From a virus, in the UHGV virus genome UHGV-0382128: DNA of 64,000 nucleotides, one strand, 5' to 3'. Below are positions 1-10,299 of the stretch, in pieces (within the stretch, counting starts at the first letter, position 1; each line of letters begins with the position of its first letter). A program made the translations under genes and the position numbers. A model generated the notes under the pieces. That model had not been told where the DNA came from. It did no database searches and was given only the letters and a program-made list of their open reading frames with translations.

Positions 1-982
1 TGTAGGCACCGTCGACCTGCTCTGTTACCGCCGTATAGTTTTTCACAATGGTGTCACCTACGACATCGGTACCGCCGTAAGTTTCACCTCTGGATAACTT
101 ATAGCTCAGTACACAAGGTAGCGTGTTACCTGAGTTAGAAGCGATATAGAACGTGTCGTGTGAACCTGCGTTACGCAATCCGTTGAATTTCACACGAGCC
201 TGGTCGATAGGTAGACGTTTTGTGCCGTCGCTGTAAACAACATCACACCAAAGCGGTATAGACTCGATTGGCATGTTGATCGGCAGCGTCAGTGTGGTGC
301 CGTCATTGTCTACCAAGAACGGTGATACCAACTTAATACCCAACACCGTACGAGCTGGTGTTTCTTGCGGCATTACCAGGTTCGTTTTGATAATGTGCGC
401 GTGACCAATTTGTACCACGTTGCCGACGTCGGAGTAAACAGCGAACATACATTCTTCGCCGTTCTCGACCACAGCTAAGCAAGCACCAGGTAACGTTTGT
501 TTAACGACACGCTCTGCACCTTCGACAGAAATCGTCTGGACCGGTAAGTAAGTGTATTTCAATTTACCGTCTTTGTAGTAGCCGGAGAGTATTTCCGCAC
601 TGTCGTCGACTTTACTGCCTCGGAAAATGCGCACCCCGTCCACATCCGGTCCTTCAAAGGTGAGTGCGTTATCTAACACCATTGTTGCCGGGAGCTTCGT
701 AGAATCCACGTAGACGCGATATTTATCGCTACGCAGTGGGTAGTGTCCGTTCAGACGACCGTCTTGATTAGCCACTCCTACACCGCCCCACGGTTCGGTT
801 TCCCACGACGGTTTGGCGTAGTTAACGCTTATGACGATATCGAAACCGGAGGTGATATCGTTAACGATCAGATCTTTCGGGTTCGGTACGTATCCGGTTG
901 GGCGTTCCGGCGCATAGAGTTCTTCAGGACGCCATACACGGAACCCGCGATCCTTATTAATAATGTCGGTTGTTAAGGCCAT
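1..982 (-). CDS. Partial CDS (ATG at 982..980, runs off the left edge; C-terminus outside window); hypothetical virion structural protein
   Basis: Hand translation of minus strand from 982 gives MALTTDIINKDRGFRVWRPEELYAPERPTGYVPNPKDLIVNDITSGFD... with no stop over the ~260 nt checked; not in the ORF track because no in-window stop. Starts 2 nt after the stop of the 985..3501 gene. Confidence 0.5.
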   Translation of the reverse strand, partial: MALTTDIINKDRGFRVWRPEELYAPERPTGYVPNPKDLIVNDITSGFDIVISVNYAKPSWETEPWGGVGVANQDGRLNGHYPLRSDKYRVYVDSTKLPATMVLDNALTFEGPDVDGVRIFRGSKVDDSAEILSGYYKDGKLKYTYLPVQTISVEGAERVVKQTLPGACLAVVENGEECMFAVYSDVGNVVQIGHAHIIKTNLVMPQETPARTVLGIKLVSPFLVDNDGTTLTLPINMPIESIPLWCDVVYSDGTKRLPIDQARVKFNGLRNAGSHDTFYIASNSGNTLPCVLSYKLSRGETYGGTDVVGDTIVKNYTAVTEQVDGAY

Positions 983-984
983 GA

Positions 985-3501
985 TTAACCCTTGATTTTC
1001 AGATACTGGTTCAGCTGAACTTCACCATTCAGATACCGCTCGTTAACGCGATCCAAAAACGCGAACCCGAGTTCGTTAACTTCCACGGTTTGGTATTTCA
1101 CATGCGGATGGAGCTTGACAAACGCTTTATCGTAACCGATGTACGCGGGGTCGAACGGAAGCAGGTCTTTATACCGCTCCATAATCTCATCCAACTGTGT
1201 TGTTGAAATACGATAATCTGGATCGTCTTCCACGAGGGTGAGAACACCCTGTAAGTAGTCCCACAGGATTTTATTCAACGTAGGTGAATAAAGGTGATAC
1301 AAGTGCGGCAAAGGCACCGGGTTCTGTGGAGGCGGTGTCGGGAACCAGTTAGTCATGTAATTTTCTACACGACTATCCAGATCACGAGCTACGTCCCTGA
1401 GCGCATACGTGTTCCCCGTTACCAGCGTACGCAACGGTATTGTAGGGTCATCGACAGAATAGGGATAACCGTCATCAACAATATTGACACCCACAGTGTT
1501 GTCTTCGCGGAACACTACCTCATCGCGTAATAGCAGGGAACCGCCAGCAACGACACGAATAACTTTGTCGTCACGACAATCAAATTGGTTGTTATTTGAT
1601 AACAGCCCACTCGAGACGAATCCGTGTTTCGGAATACGAAGTTCGCCGGTGACCCCACGACAACGCACCGCGATGTGGTTCTCATCGGAATCACTCATCC
1701 ACGCTTTACAGACCACAACGATTTCTGGCCAAATGACGTGATAATCGATACCGTGTACCAGAGGGTGTCCGTTTAACCACACTTCAACAGTTTCCATCGG
1801 AATCCACAGCGTGCGTTGATTACCTTCTTGGTTTCGGGCCAGAATAGGAATACGAATCTCCCCTTCTCTGACTGCTACATCGATTTCGAAATACAGATGG
1901 CGATCGTCGTAAATCACCGTAGGGTGACGACGAGTACGGTCCACAGTCCAGGTAATGCTATTACCTTCACGGGTGTAATCCGTCCCTTCTACTGCCTTCA
2001 GATATTCGTCTCGTGGAATGTCATCGATAACCTTACGTAACCACAAGTTAACGTTTTGGCCTTCCTGAATCTCGAAATCGGCGGCGTTATCAACGATAGT
2101 TACTGTCTCGGCTTTATCGCCTTCAATCGCCTCGATAATTCTGGTGTTGGGGTTGCGTGCTTGGTATACGTCGTAACCACGGTTTTGATGTGCCTCTAAC
2201 AGCAAACCATCGCCATCATACTCGTACACAGTCGAGTTGGTTGCCAATAACGCAGGTAAGGTAGCGCGGTACCCTCCTTCCGTTAACGTAAGACGCTGAG
2301 GGGTATCGGCGGCATAACGGCTTACGGCGTTGTAACCGTAGGCATCAGTACACAAATCGCGCGTAATATTCTCAAGCTTAGCTGCTGCCAATCGGTTAAA
2401 AGCAGCTTGTTCCAGATTAGCAGCCTGCCACTCTGTTACGTTCGCATTCGCACCAATCATCGCGTCGATTATCAGGTCATCTGATAATCGGTATAAATCG
2501 TGGATGTGTGATGAGTTAAACAACGGTGTAATATCCAGATAATCGTCGCGGATAATCAGCCTGATGATCAGATCGTCCAGGTCGGTGATTGAGCCACTAA
2601 AAACGTTGCGATATTTTGCAATACGTTCAGTCGGGATTGATAAATCGTTCCATGTTAGCTGACGCAGTGCCTGGTGGCGGTGCCGATGGTAATAACGTCC
2701 CCGGCCTTTCCAGTAAAGCTGGATTTCCGCATCGTTGTTAAAAATCCAGATGCCATCTTTTTTCGGAATATGGAGCAAGTATTTTCGTTTACTATCCAGT
2801 TTGGACATAAACGTTTGTAAGTCGCCGCAGCGAAACTCTACAACACGACGAACGCGACCATCGACGCGGATGTCGATATCGTCCCACGTTTTAATATCCG
2901 CAGGCTTTGGAGAATCAACCAGTTCTCCGTTTAACCAGAACTCAACGTACCCTTTGTTTTGTTGTTTCAGGTAATTAAACCGATCGATGACCTTTTGGAC
3001 CTGTTCACGATTCGGCGGTGAATAAAACTCGACGGTCGTCGGGTTGATGTACGGTGCGTTTTCACCCCCGTTGTAACCAGGATAAATTCGCAGGTAACAA
3101 GGGTCGTTGTCCAACCAGGCATACCGATCGGATTGCGGAATAGCCATGTAAACCATTCCCGCACTGTTACGGTAGAAATAAACGTATTCGGAAGGAATTG
3201 TCGTTCCGTTTTCGTTATAGACCTGAATCCAGGTGCTAAAACCGTTTACGCAAGTGGACAGTTTCTTCCAACGGTTTAGGGGGATAGCAAGATTCCCCCA
3301 GTTTACGTGAAGTTTATCCACCGCGTAGGCGTGCCACCACGAATTCTCTTTCGGTAAAGCGACCGGAATCCGACCGTGTTTGAAAAAGCCGATCGCCCCG
3401 GTCTTGGGTGAAAGACGGAAGGGTGCGATGTTGAGCACCCCGTCAAGATATGGACGCTGCCACGCTTTTTGGATGGCGTGGGCGACCAGCCAGTTCTCCA
3501 T
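985..3501 (-). CDS. Hypothetical large protein (838 aa), probably virion structural (tail/baseplate-like)
   Basis: Long uninterrupted ORF in a minus-strand block divergent from the sheath/tube-like operon; no recognisable catalytic motif. Confidence 0.55.
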   Translation of the reverse strand: MENWLVAHAIQKAWQRPYLDGVLNIAPFRLSPKTGAIGFFKHGRIPVALPKENSWWHAYAVDKLHVNWGNLAIPLNRWKKLSTCVNGFSTWIQVYNENGTTIPSEYVYFYRNSAGMVYMAIPQSDRYAWLDNDPCYLRIYPGYNGGENAPYINPTTVEFYSPPNREQVQKVIDRFNYLKQQNKGYVEFWLNGELVDSPKPADIKTWDDIDIRVDGRVRRVVEFRCGDLQTFMSKLDSKRKYLLHIPKKDGIWIFNNDAEIQLYWKGRGRYYHRHRHQALRQLTWNDLSIPTERIAKYRNVFSGSITDLDDLIIRLIIRDDYLDITPLFNSSHIHDLYRLSDDLIIDAMIGANANVTEWQAANLEQAAFNRLAAAKLENITRDLCTDAYGYNAVSRYAADTPQRLTLTEGGYRATLPALLATNSTVYEYDGDGLLLEAHQNRGYDVYQARNPNTRIIEAIEGDKAETVTIVDNAADFEIQEGQNVNLWLRKVIDDIPRDEYLKAVEGTDYTREGNSITWTVDRTRRHPTVIYDDRHLYFEIDVAVREGEIRIPILARNQEGNQRTLWIPMETVEVWLNGHPLVHGIDYHVIWPEIVVVCKAWMSDSDENHIAVRCRGVTGELRIPKHGFVSSGLLSNNNQFDCRDDKVIRVVAGGSLLLRDEVVFREDNTVGVNIVDDGYPYSVDDPTIPLRTLVTGNTYALRDVARDLDSRVENYMTNWFPTPPPQNPVPLPHLYHLYSPTLNKILWDYLQGVLTLVEDDPDYRISTTQLDEIMERYKDLLPFDPAYIGYDKAFVKLHPHVKYQTVEVNELGFAFLDRVNERYLNGEVQLNQYLKIKG

Positions 3502-3511
3502 AGTGGACCTC

Positions 3512-4420
3512 TTACTGGTTGTTTATCGGTTTGGTGTTTTGGTTAAGTAATGTGTCGTATGCCATGATAAAAGCGTCTTTACGTTTTGCCACGTCACATT
3601 TCTTAATTAGCCCACCTAAACGGGAGCGGTTAAATATCACGTTCTCTAAGCATGTGCGGGTAATAACAAAGAGAGACGGTGGATATTCGATGGCGCTGGT
3701 AACAAGTTGACGATCGTAGCTAATAAAGCTACCCAGGCTCGTTGCCAGCATACCTTGCAAACTTACTACGCTGAGATCTTTTAAGCGTGCGGTAATGTCT
3801 GCAGCTTTTACCATCTCGACAAATTCACCGATATTGCGTGGGAACAGGAACTCTGTGTTTCCGGTAACAGTTTCAAAAATCTGTGGTCCGAGGCGAAGTT
3901 CACGTTCTAACTGTTGCTGCATTCTTAACATTTTAACTTCATCTTCGAAGTTGTTGTAGAACTGTCCTACGGAGAACAGGGCAGCGAGTGCCTTGACTTG
4001 ACCACTTTGATATGGAGCAAGTGCGTAGGTGTGTTCAATTGCATCGCTAATCCACCTGCTGAAGATCTCATGGTGATAAGACATACGTGACATTAATGCA
4101 CCGAGCTTATCATTGTTCCGTTTCCACACTAATTCCCAACGTGCTTCGTCGAGACGTAATTGGTGCTCAATGGGGTTACGGATTTTCAGTACGCCGTTTT
4201 TATCGAGCGTAGTGAAAGTTCGTGCGTCAACGTACACGTCATCACCGATGACGATCGGTAACGGGAACGGTTTTACATCGGCGGTTTCGATAACGTAATG
4301 TACTTCGTCAGACTGTGCAACGGTCTGATTGACTTTACGCGCCAGTTCCAAATCCGCGTGTAAGCGGGTAAGGTCTATGGTATTAAACGGAGTACCGTTG
4401 TAAGCGTTTTTGAGTGCCAT
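3512..4420 (-). CDS. Hypothetical protein (302 aa)
   Basis: ORF with ATG start, 62-bp divergent spacer to the 4483 gene; function unknown. Confidence 0.55.
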   Translation of the reverse strand: MALKNAYNGTPFNTIDLTRLHADLELARKVNQTVAQSDEVHYVIETADVKPFPLPIVIGDDVYVDARTFTTLDKNGVLKIRNPIEHQLRLDEARWELVWKRNNDKLGALMSRMSYHHEIFSRWISDAIEHTYALAPYQSGQVKALAALFSVGQFYNNFEDEVKMLRMQQQLERELRLGPQIFETVTGNTEFLFPRNIGEFVEMVKAADITARLKDLSVVSLQGMLATSLGSFISYDRQLVTSAIEYPPSLFVITRTCLENVIFNRSRLGGLIKKCDVAKRKDAFIMAYDTLLNQNTKPINNQ

Positions 4421-4482
4421 GAGTATGATACCTTAGTATGACCCTTTTTCAAGGTCTTAAAGACTGAATATGGAGACGTTCC

Positions 4483-6540
4483 ATGAGTTTTATTCCACGA
4501 AACGGCGCGCCATTGAATAACAAGCAAGGGTGGCAGGATAACTCTGTCCCTGAGCTTGTCCGGACCCCCACGGGTGATCCGATTCATAAGCCGCTGATCT
4601 TCACCTTTGCATCACGCGGGGTAGACGACGAGGCGTTCCCGTTATCCGGGGATAATGCATTGTCTCTGCTTGGTCGTGATTTGTTCGACCTGCGTGGCGA
4701 TTACGCGACGTTCAACACACCCTTCCAGGCGATGTTTAATGGCAATGGTAACGAGTGTATGTATCAGCGTCTGGTGCCGGACGATGCGAAAGTCGCAGCT
4801 GTCCGTCTGGTGGCTGACGTCCTCGAAACCAAAGTTCCTTCATACGAGCGTGTGAACGGCATTATCCAGTATGAAACTAACGGTAAGCCGAAGAAGAAAG
4901 AAGACGTTGATGGCTTGAAAGTGGTTTTCCGTCTGCAAGTTGTCGAAGATGTAAGCACCCTGAAAAAAGGTGTGGTTACTGAAGGGACAATGACCGACGA
5001 AACCACGAGCGCGAAATCAAAGCTCTATCCGATCTTCGACATTAAAGGCCCGTACGCGGGTGCTGATGTCAACGGTTTCGGTTTTAAACTGGTTCCGCTG
5101 AACGAAAAATCCAGCCCATCTATCGCGTCTGCTTATCAGACCAACGTAGGTGGACGTATGTACGCACTGCAATGGTTTGAAACCTTAGCAGGGGTTACAT
5201 CGCCGGTAATTTGGAAGACCCTTAAAGGTCTTAGCAGCATCAATGTTAGCTTCAAGCCCGATGCATACTATCAGCCGATGGCTACTCAACTGGACTTCGA
5301 AGTCGTTGTTCCAGATGCCTATCGTCAGACGATGCCAGACATCGGTGGTCTGCCGGACTACGGTCCTTTCGAAGAGTTCTACATTTACCGTGAAAACCTG
5401 GAAACTGTTCTGAAACTGGCACAGTCTAAAATTCAGAATGCGAAACCAGCGATCACCGATCCGTATATGGTCGATATCTTCGGCGGCCTGGATTTAACCG
5501 GTCAAATGTACGATGGTCTGCAAGTTAGCCCATCTGATGAAGTGGGTAAAGTTGTCTTTTCTGCTTCTAACATTCACTATCTGCAGGGCGGTAGTGACGG
5601 GACGATGGGTAATGATGCTTACGACAAACTCGTGCGTCGTGAGATGAGTCAGTTCCCGGACGGCGGTAAAGTCCGTTACGATAACGAACTGAAATATTCG
5701 TTAGGCTGCTTCTGGGACTCCGGTTTTAGCATGGATACCAAGAAAGTGCTGACCAATTTCATTGGTCGTTCTCGTAACACGTTCTTGACACTCTGTACTC
5801 ACGTTTATAACGAAGGTCGTAATGACTTACAAACCGAAGAGAACGTGAAGACAGCGCTGATCGAAATGATTACGTCCGTGCCTGAATCGTCCTATTACGG
5901 TACCCCAGCGTGCCGTGGGATGATTACTGGCCAGTCTGCGTTCATCCGTAACTCGAGCTACAAGAAACCGGTTCCGATGTGTTATAGCATTGCGAACTTC
6001 TTCTCGAAGTATCTCGGTTCCGGTGAAGGACGTGCAAAACCGGCGTATCGTTTCAGCCGTGGTGAAGAGACGATCATCGAAGATCTGTACGATCTGAGTA
6101 TGCCGTGGAAAGGTAACGAGATTTACGCGTCCGACTGGGATGTGTCCCTGGTTACCGCACGTTCCCGCGACTACTATCGTTTGTTCATCCCAGCTATCCA
6201 GTCCATCTATAGCGAAGAACGTTCAGTGCTGAACAATGCACTGTTTAACTTTATCCTGACTTACGTTTATCGTGTCAGCGATCAGGTTTGGGCAGATATG
6301 TCCGGTGAAAGCCGTATGACGGACGACGAACGCGCGAAAATGATTGAAAACAAAATCACCGAGCGTTTGGAAGGTCGCCTGGATAATATTGCCGACATTA
6401 CCCCGAGTGCGTATATGACAGCGGACGATAAAGCCAACGGCTACTCTATCACGCTGGACATTAAAGCTGAAGGCGGTGTACTGTTGTCGCAGTTCAACAC
6501 GACGATCAAAGTTTATCGTCGCAACAGTACGGAGGTCTAA
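4483..6540 (+). CDS. Highly expressed structural protein (685 aa); candidate tail sheath
   Basis: Strong bias to E. coli high-expression codons (ctg, cgt, ggt, ccg, aaa, gaa), SD ggagacg upstream, followed 3 nt later by a ~290-aa ORF and a strong terminator. Size and sheath-then-tube order fit a contractile tail; identity not verifiable by eye. Confidence 0.4.
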   Translation: MSFIPRNGAPLNNKQGWQDNSVPELVRTPTGDPIHKPLIFTFASRGVDDEAFPLSGDNALSLLGRDLFDLRGDYATFNTPFQAMFNGNGNECMYQRLVPDDAKVAAVRLVADVLETKVPSYERVNGIIQYETNGKPKKKEDVDGLKVVFRLQVVEDVSTLKKGVVTEGTMTDETTSAKSKLYPIFDIKGPYAGADVNGFGFKLVPLNEKSSPSIASAYQTNVGGRMYALQWFETLAGVTSPVIWKTLKGLSSINVSFKPDAYYQPMATQLDFEVVVPDAYRQTMPDIGGLPDYGPFEEFYIYRENLETVLKLAQSKIQNAKPAITDPYMVDIFGGLDLTGQMYDGLQVSPSDEVGKVVFSASNIHYLQGGSDGTMGNDAYDKLVRREMSQFPDGGKVRYDNELKYSLGCFWDSGFSMDTKKVLTNFIGRSRNTFLTLCTHVYNEGRNDLQTEENVKTALIEMITSVPESSYYGTPACRGMITGQSAFIRNSSYKKPVPMCYSIANFFSKYLGSGEGRAKPAYRFSRGEETIIEDLYDLSMPWKGNEIYASDWDVSLVTARSRDYYRLFIPAIQSIYSEERSVLNNALFNFILTYVYRVSDQVWADMSGESRMTDDERAKMIENKITERLEGRLDNIADITPSAYMTADDKANGYSITLDIKAEGGVLLSQFNTTIKVYRRNSTEV

Positions 6541-6543
6541 TAG

Positions 6544-7419
6544 ATGTCTATCAAAGAACGCATGATTTTACCTGACCAGGGCCTCCACGTCGATGGTGGC
6601 CAGTACGATATGGTTAACCCCTTCTCGTCTGGTCAAAACGGTCCGGTCGGTCAGGTTGGTAAGTTCGTTACCAACGCCCACCGTCTGCGTCGTAACGTAA
6701 TCGCACGTGTGATGGAATTCCCTCGTTGGGTTGATTACATGCCGAACCCACAACTGTGGCGTCAGGCAATCAAATCGTTCATCGAGGTTCACACCACGAT
6801 TACCGGTTTGGACAAATCCCTGAGTGCTGAGTACGTACAGACCCAGCAGGGACGTAACAACCGCGTTCAGTACGAAGCTGGACTGGTAACGGAAGCACTG
6901 TCTTCTGTTACACACACTACCCCGGATAAACTGGGTAAAGTGTATCAGAACATGCTCTGGGCGTGGCTGGTTTACGGTGTTTGTGATCCGCACACAGGCC
7001 ACCCTGGTCTGGCGGCAATCAACCCGAACGTGCCGGATCACCTGCCGGATATGTACAGCATGACCGTACTGTATTTCGAACCGGATGCGTATCAGCGTAA
7101 ACCGCAGAACGCTTGGTGGCTGACGAACATGGCTCCTGAATCTAACGGTCAGGATATCGGTGAACGTGACCCGAACACCGGTCCTCAGACCAACGAACTG
7201 TCCATCACCTTCACCTCCCAGCAATGGACAGGTTGGGGTCCGATGCAGGCAGCTCAGAAAGAACTGGAGCGCATGAAGCTTTACGGTCTGCGTCCTTACG
7301 AACGCAAACTGTGGCTTACTCCGTCTCAACAGACCAACGGTATCAACCCAGACGTCGATGCTACGGCTGGCGGTTATCGTTCTGTGTCCGACGAGCAGAT
7401 GGCAAATCAGCTTCGTTAA
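6544..7419 (+). CDS. Highly expressed structural protein (291 aa); candidate tail tube
   Basis: Same codon bias as the upstream gene, 3-nt spacing, terminated by the hairpin at 7436..7462. Confidence 0.35.
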   Translation: MSIKERMILPDQGLHVDGGQYDMVNPFSSGQNGPVGQVGKFVTNAHRLRRNVIARVMEFPRWVDYMPNPQLWRQAIKSFIEVHTTITGLDKSLSAEYVQTQQGRNNRVQYEAGLVTEALSSVTHTTPDKLGKVYQNMLWAWLVYGVCDPHTGHPGLAAINPNVPDHLPDMYSMTVLYFEPDAYQRKPQNAWWLTNMAPESNGQDIGERDPNTGPQTNELSITFTSQQWTGWGPMQAAQKELERMKLYGLRPYERKLWLTPSQQTNGINPDVDATAGGYRSVSDEQMANQLR

Positions 7420-7476
7420 GCAAAAAAAATAAGTTTACCTACCTCCGTCAAGGAGGTAGGTAGCTTTTATTTTTCT
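7420..7476. terminator. Bidirectional rho-independent terminator
   Basis: A-run 7422-7429, stem tacctacctcc / ggaggtaggta with loop gtcaa (7436-7462), T-run gcttttatttttc; lies between convergent genes. Confidence 0.8.
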
Positions 7477-8024
7477 TCTTGCGCCAGATGTTTACGGGCA
7501 GAAGAACGAATAATTAAGTTTTTCATCTGCATTAACAGCAGGAACGTAGAGAGTAAATCGAACGTGGTGGGTGGTGTGTTGGTGGTGTCGCTAGGATAAG
7601 CAACACGCCACAGTGTTAGTTCTGTGTCGCCATTTCCTTTTTCGTTACGTATAATTTCGTTGTTGTGCAAGCTAACCAATTCAGATTCTAACGCTTCTAA
7701 TACATCTTCACCGAACTCAATCCGTAAGAGTTGTTTGAAACGGATAACGTAACCGGCGACGACATTACCGACAGAACTGCTACGTATTTCGGTTAAGAAA
7801 CGCTGGTAGCCGTTGATAGTGTGTGGGATCGTTTCAGCAGGCCAGCCCGCGATGTGTGGAAACGCATCACCTAAAGTGGCTTGCATAGACAACGTAAAGA
7901 TTTCACCGATCTGGTTAAGATGACTAATGACTTCTGTACGGTTCATGACGTTAGGAAGCGGTACGGGCCGTTCTGTATTCGGCTTTTCTTGAGCCATGGG
8001 ATAACCATCGAATAAGTTTTGCAT
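7467..8024 (-). CDS. Hypothetical protein (~185 aa; start revised to the second Met)
   Basis: Track ORF 7467..8063; the first ATG lies inside the upstream terminator hairpin, while the ATG at 8024..8022 is preceded by SD aggaga (MQNLFDGYPMAQEK...). Confidence 0.5.
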   Translation of the reverse strand: MQNLFDGYPMAQEKPNTERPVPLPNVMNRTEVISHLNQIGEIFTLSMQATLGDAFPHIAGWPAETIPHTINGYQRFLTEIRSSSVGNVVAGYVIRFKQLLRIEFGEDVLEALESELVSLHNNEIIRNEKGNGDTELTLWRVAYPSDTTNTPPTTFDLLSTFLLLMQMKNLIIRSSARKHLAQEEK

Positions 8025-8043
8025 TGTTTTATCTCCTGAAATC

Positions 8044-8088
8044 AAAAAAAATAAGGCGGTCATAAGACCGCCCTAGATTTTATTTTCT
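8044..8088. terminator. Rho-independent terminator (hairpin ggcggtc/gaccgcc flanked by A-run and T-run)
   Basis: A8 run 8044-8051, 7-bp GC stem 8055-8072, then ctagattttattttc. Confidence 0.65.
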
Positions 8089-8190
8089 CCGCCGGTGGCT
8101 CAGGTAAACCAGACCATCAATCGGTCTAGGTGGCCCTGGCTTCCGAGAAAGAGGTTGTTGCCATTTCGTAGGATTGATTTTCTCTTCAGG

Positions 8191-8216
8191 AACAAAAGCC
8201 CGATATAGTCGGGCTC
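8191..8216 (-). terminator. Probable minus-strand terminator hairpin
   Basis: Stem agcccga / tcgggct with A-rich 5' flank on plus (T-run on minus), immediately after the stop of the 8234..8716 gene. Confidence 0.45.
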
Positions 8217-8233
8217 CTGAAATAATACCGATC

Positions 8234-8716
8234 TTATTCGTCTTCTTCGTCATCGCCCGCCATCATCGCATCGGCAAACACTTTGCGCATTTTCCCTTCC
8301 AGCTCTTTTGACTTAGGTACACCGTAACCAAAGCCGATAGAAGCTGCCCATTCAGACGCCCCTACTGTTTCCCCAGTTGGACGTGAGAACACCGTAGAGA
8401 ACGACGCGTTACCAATATTCGTGGTAAGGTCCAGTGCGACCAGTTCGTCGTCTGCTTTCGCTTTCTCAACGATAAGTTCTGACGCAACCTTACCGTAGAC
8501 TTCCAGGAAGTTTGCATCGTGTTGGCGAACCGCATCCGCATCCTGTAGCGTCAGACGATAATCGGTGTCGTTCACTTTGATGACCGGAAGTGATTCTTCG
8601 TAGATTTTGATTAACGGGTCTGCGTTAAGTACCGCGCTTTCGTCCAGAGTCATTGCCGGAGTTTCCAGCGCATCGATCATTGCAGCCAGTTCTTTAGTAG
8701 ACATTACTTGTGCCAT
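8234..8716 (-). CDS. Hypothetical protein with acidic C-terminal tail (160 aa)
   Basis: ORF ending ...MMAGDDEEDE; function unknown. Confidence 0.55.
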   Translation of the reverse strand: MAQVMSTKELAAMIDALETPAMTLDESAVLNADPLIKIYEESLPVIKVNDTDYRLTLQDADAVRQHDANFLEVYGKVASELIVEKAKADDELVALDLTTNIGNASFSTVFSRPTGETVGASEWAASIGFGYGVPKSKELEGKMRKVFADAMMAGDDEEDE

Positions 8717-8735
8717 TTGATTTATTCCTTAAGGT

Positions 8736-9407
8736 TTACTGTTGTTGAAGACGGCTTTCTAAGCCAGTGATGATTTCGTCGGTGAAATACGCTAAGTCGA
8801 GCATTTCAACGTACTCTTGGCGTTCCAAGATTTCTTTCGCAAACAATGCGTTATACCAATCAGGAACACGAGATTTACCATTACGACCGAACTTATTTTG
8901 CACGTGACTGATTGCATGGAATTTTGAATCAGTAACAGATTTTCCATGGTCTCGTGCGTATAAGTAAGAGCGGTGCATGTAATTTTTAACTTCCTCGACG
9001 GTAGGGATGCCGCGATCGGCGGCAGCGACAATTTCAGAAACAATGGAATTATAACCACCTTTGTGGGAACTCCGATGTTCTAATACTGCATACGCTACCT
9101 CGGTCACATCGTCGGAACTAAGTTTAAAACGCCGCTTGAGTATAGGTGCAGAATCAAGCACGTAATTGAATGCCTTGATGTGGTGTGAAGCACGGTCAGC
9201 AGGTGTGGAGAAAATATCGTGCGCAGCCACGGCAACCAGAACATTCTTTAGGTGTTGCGTTTCATTCAACAGGTAAGCGATACGAACAGCGTTCGACTTC
9301 ACAGAAAGAATGTGGTCTAGTCGATGCGCGCTATCGGTATAGCGATAGAAATCGCGGAAGTGGCTAAGTACACGTTCCCAGAATTTATTAATTTCAGTAG
9401 CTTCCAT
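8736..9407 (-). CDS. Putative HD-domain phosphohydrolase (223 aa)
   Basis: His/Asp metal-binding pattern ...LVAVAAHDIFS...SHH...AVLEHR... typical of the HD superfamily; assignment by motif only. Confidence 0.45.
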   Translation of the reverse strand: MEATEINKFWERVLSHFRDFYRYTDSAHRLDHILSVKSNAVRIAYLLNETQHLKNVLVAVAAHDIFSTPADRASHHIKAFNYVLDSAPILKRRFKLSSDDVTEVAYAVLEHRSSHKGGYNSIVSEIVAAADRGIPTVEEVKNYMHRSYLYARDHGKSVTDSKFHAISHVQNKFGRNGKSRVPDWYNALFAKEILERQEYVEMLDLAYFTDEIITGLESRLQQQ

Positions 9408-9428
9408 TGATAATACCTTACAAGTCGA

Positions 9429-9818
9429 TTAAGAGAATGTGAACTGACAGCGTGCCAACAGAATACGATGGTTTTTCCAATCGTCAGGTTCTTGGATAAT
9501 GTTTCGATAAAGGATATGGTCAGCGCTTACTACCCTTGCAAGCTCTTGCACCATATCTGGGAGCGTAGGTGCTTTTAGCCGATGCGCTTCACGCCACTTA
9601 GGAGACGCCATACGGGACAGAAACGCATCTTTAGGTACGATGGTATTGCTTTCCTCTTTTAACGTCTCTAAATGCGCCTCAACGCGTTTTACGTGGAGCT
9701 CAAGTGCTTGTGGGTCTGTTACGAAAGTATAGAATCTGTCATCGCGACGTAAGCTACACAGAATCCATAAGGTAAAGGGGTCACGACAGGCATTGATAAG
9801 TTCTTTTGACCATTCCAT
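9429..9818 (-). CDS. Hypothetical protein (129 aa)
   Basis: ORF tightly packed with neighbours (2-nt spacing to the next gene). Confidence 0.5.
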   Translation of the reverse strand: MEWSKELINACRDPFTLWILCSLRRDDRFYTFVTDPQALELHVKRVEAHLETLKEESNTIVPKDAFLSRMASPKWREAHRLKAPTLPDMVQELARVVSADHILYRNIIQEPDDWKNHRILLARCQFTFS

Positions 9819-9819
9819 C

Positions 9820-10209
9820 TTAGCTACCTACGCTAGAGAGCATCCAATTGCTTTTGATAGCATTAATCTGTTTAACTGATTCCCGAATGCCTTCAAACAT
9901 TTTGATGCGGTCTGGCGTAGTAAGACATTGTTTAAGGTCTTTATCGAGAGAGAACAACATTGCCAGTTTTGCAAGCGAAACACTCAAGATATCAGACAAT
10001 TCGTTGTTTCTACGCCACTCTGGGTTACGGACGATAGTCACTAGAGGACCGATATCTTCATAAGGACATTCTTTGTTCAGTAGTTTGTCACGTTGCTCGC
10101 ACAGATAAGTTTCATCTGTAATTAATCGTTCCAGGTCATCTTGACGCGTGATAGCACGAGTAGAAATCATTAATACAACAAACGGGTCTTTAAATAATTC
10201 GTTTTTCAT
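9820..10209 (-). CDS. Hypothetical protein (129 aa)
   Basis: ORF with SD aaaggag before the ATG. Confidence 0.5.
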   Translation of the reverse strand: MKNELFKDPFVVLMISTRAITRQDDLERLITDETYLCEQRDKLLNKECPYEDIGPLVTIVRNPEWRRNNELSDILSVSLAKLAMLFSLDKDLKQCLTTPDRIKMFEGIRESVKQINAIKSNWMLSSVGS

Positions 10210-10299
10210 TTTTAATACTCCTTTAGGTTAAACAGTCGAATAGCGTGTAATTCTACAACGCTCACCTAAGTAAAATATATCTAAGATAATTTTCAATAG

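Noticed and set aside
743-976. Plus-strand 77-aa ORF from the track
   Set aside because: Lies entirely inside a longer minus-strand reading frame that continues from the ATG at 982 to the window edge and fits the local minus-strand gene block; treated as a shadow ORF.
6568-7329. Minus-strand 253-aa ORF nested in the 291-aa plus-strand gene; likewise 13647..14240 (+), 17359..17760 (+), 18409..18697 (+) and other nested track ORFs
   Set aside because: Antisense to long, codon-biased, tightly packed genes; Arg/Ser/Thr-rich compositions typical of out-of-frame shadows; no independent SD or terminator context.
8064-8233. Possible tRNA or small RNA in the 170-bp intergenic gap
   Set aside because: Contains hairpins (for example agacc...ggtct) but no cloverleaf arrangement or T-loop GTTCGA-type consensus visible; better explained as two terminators plus spacer. 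Not excluded without a covariance search.
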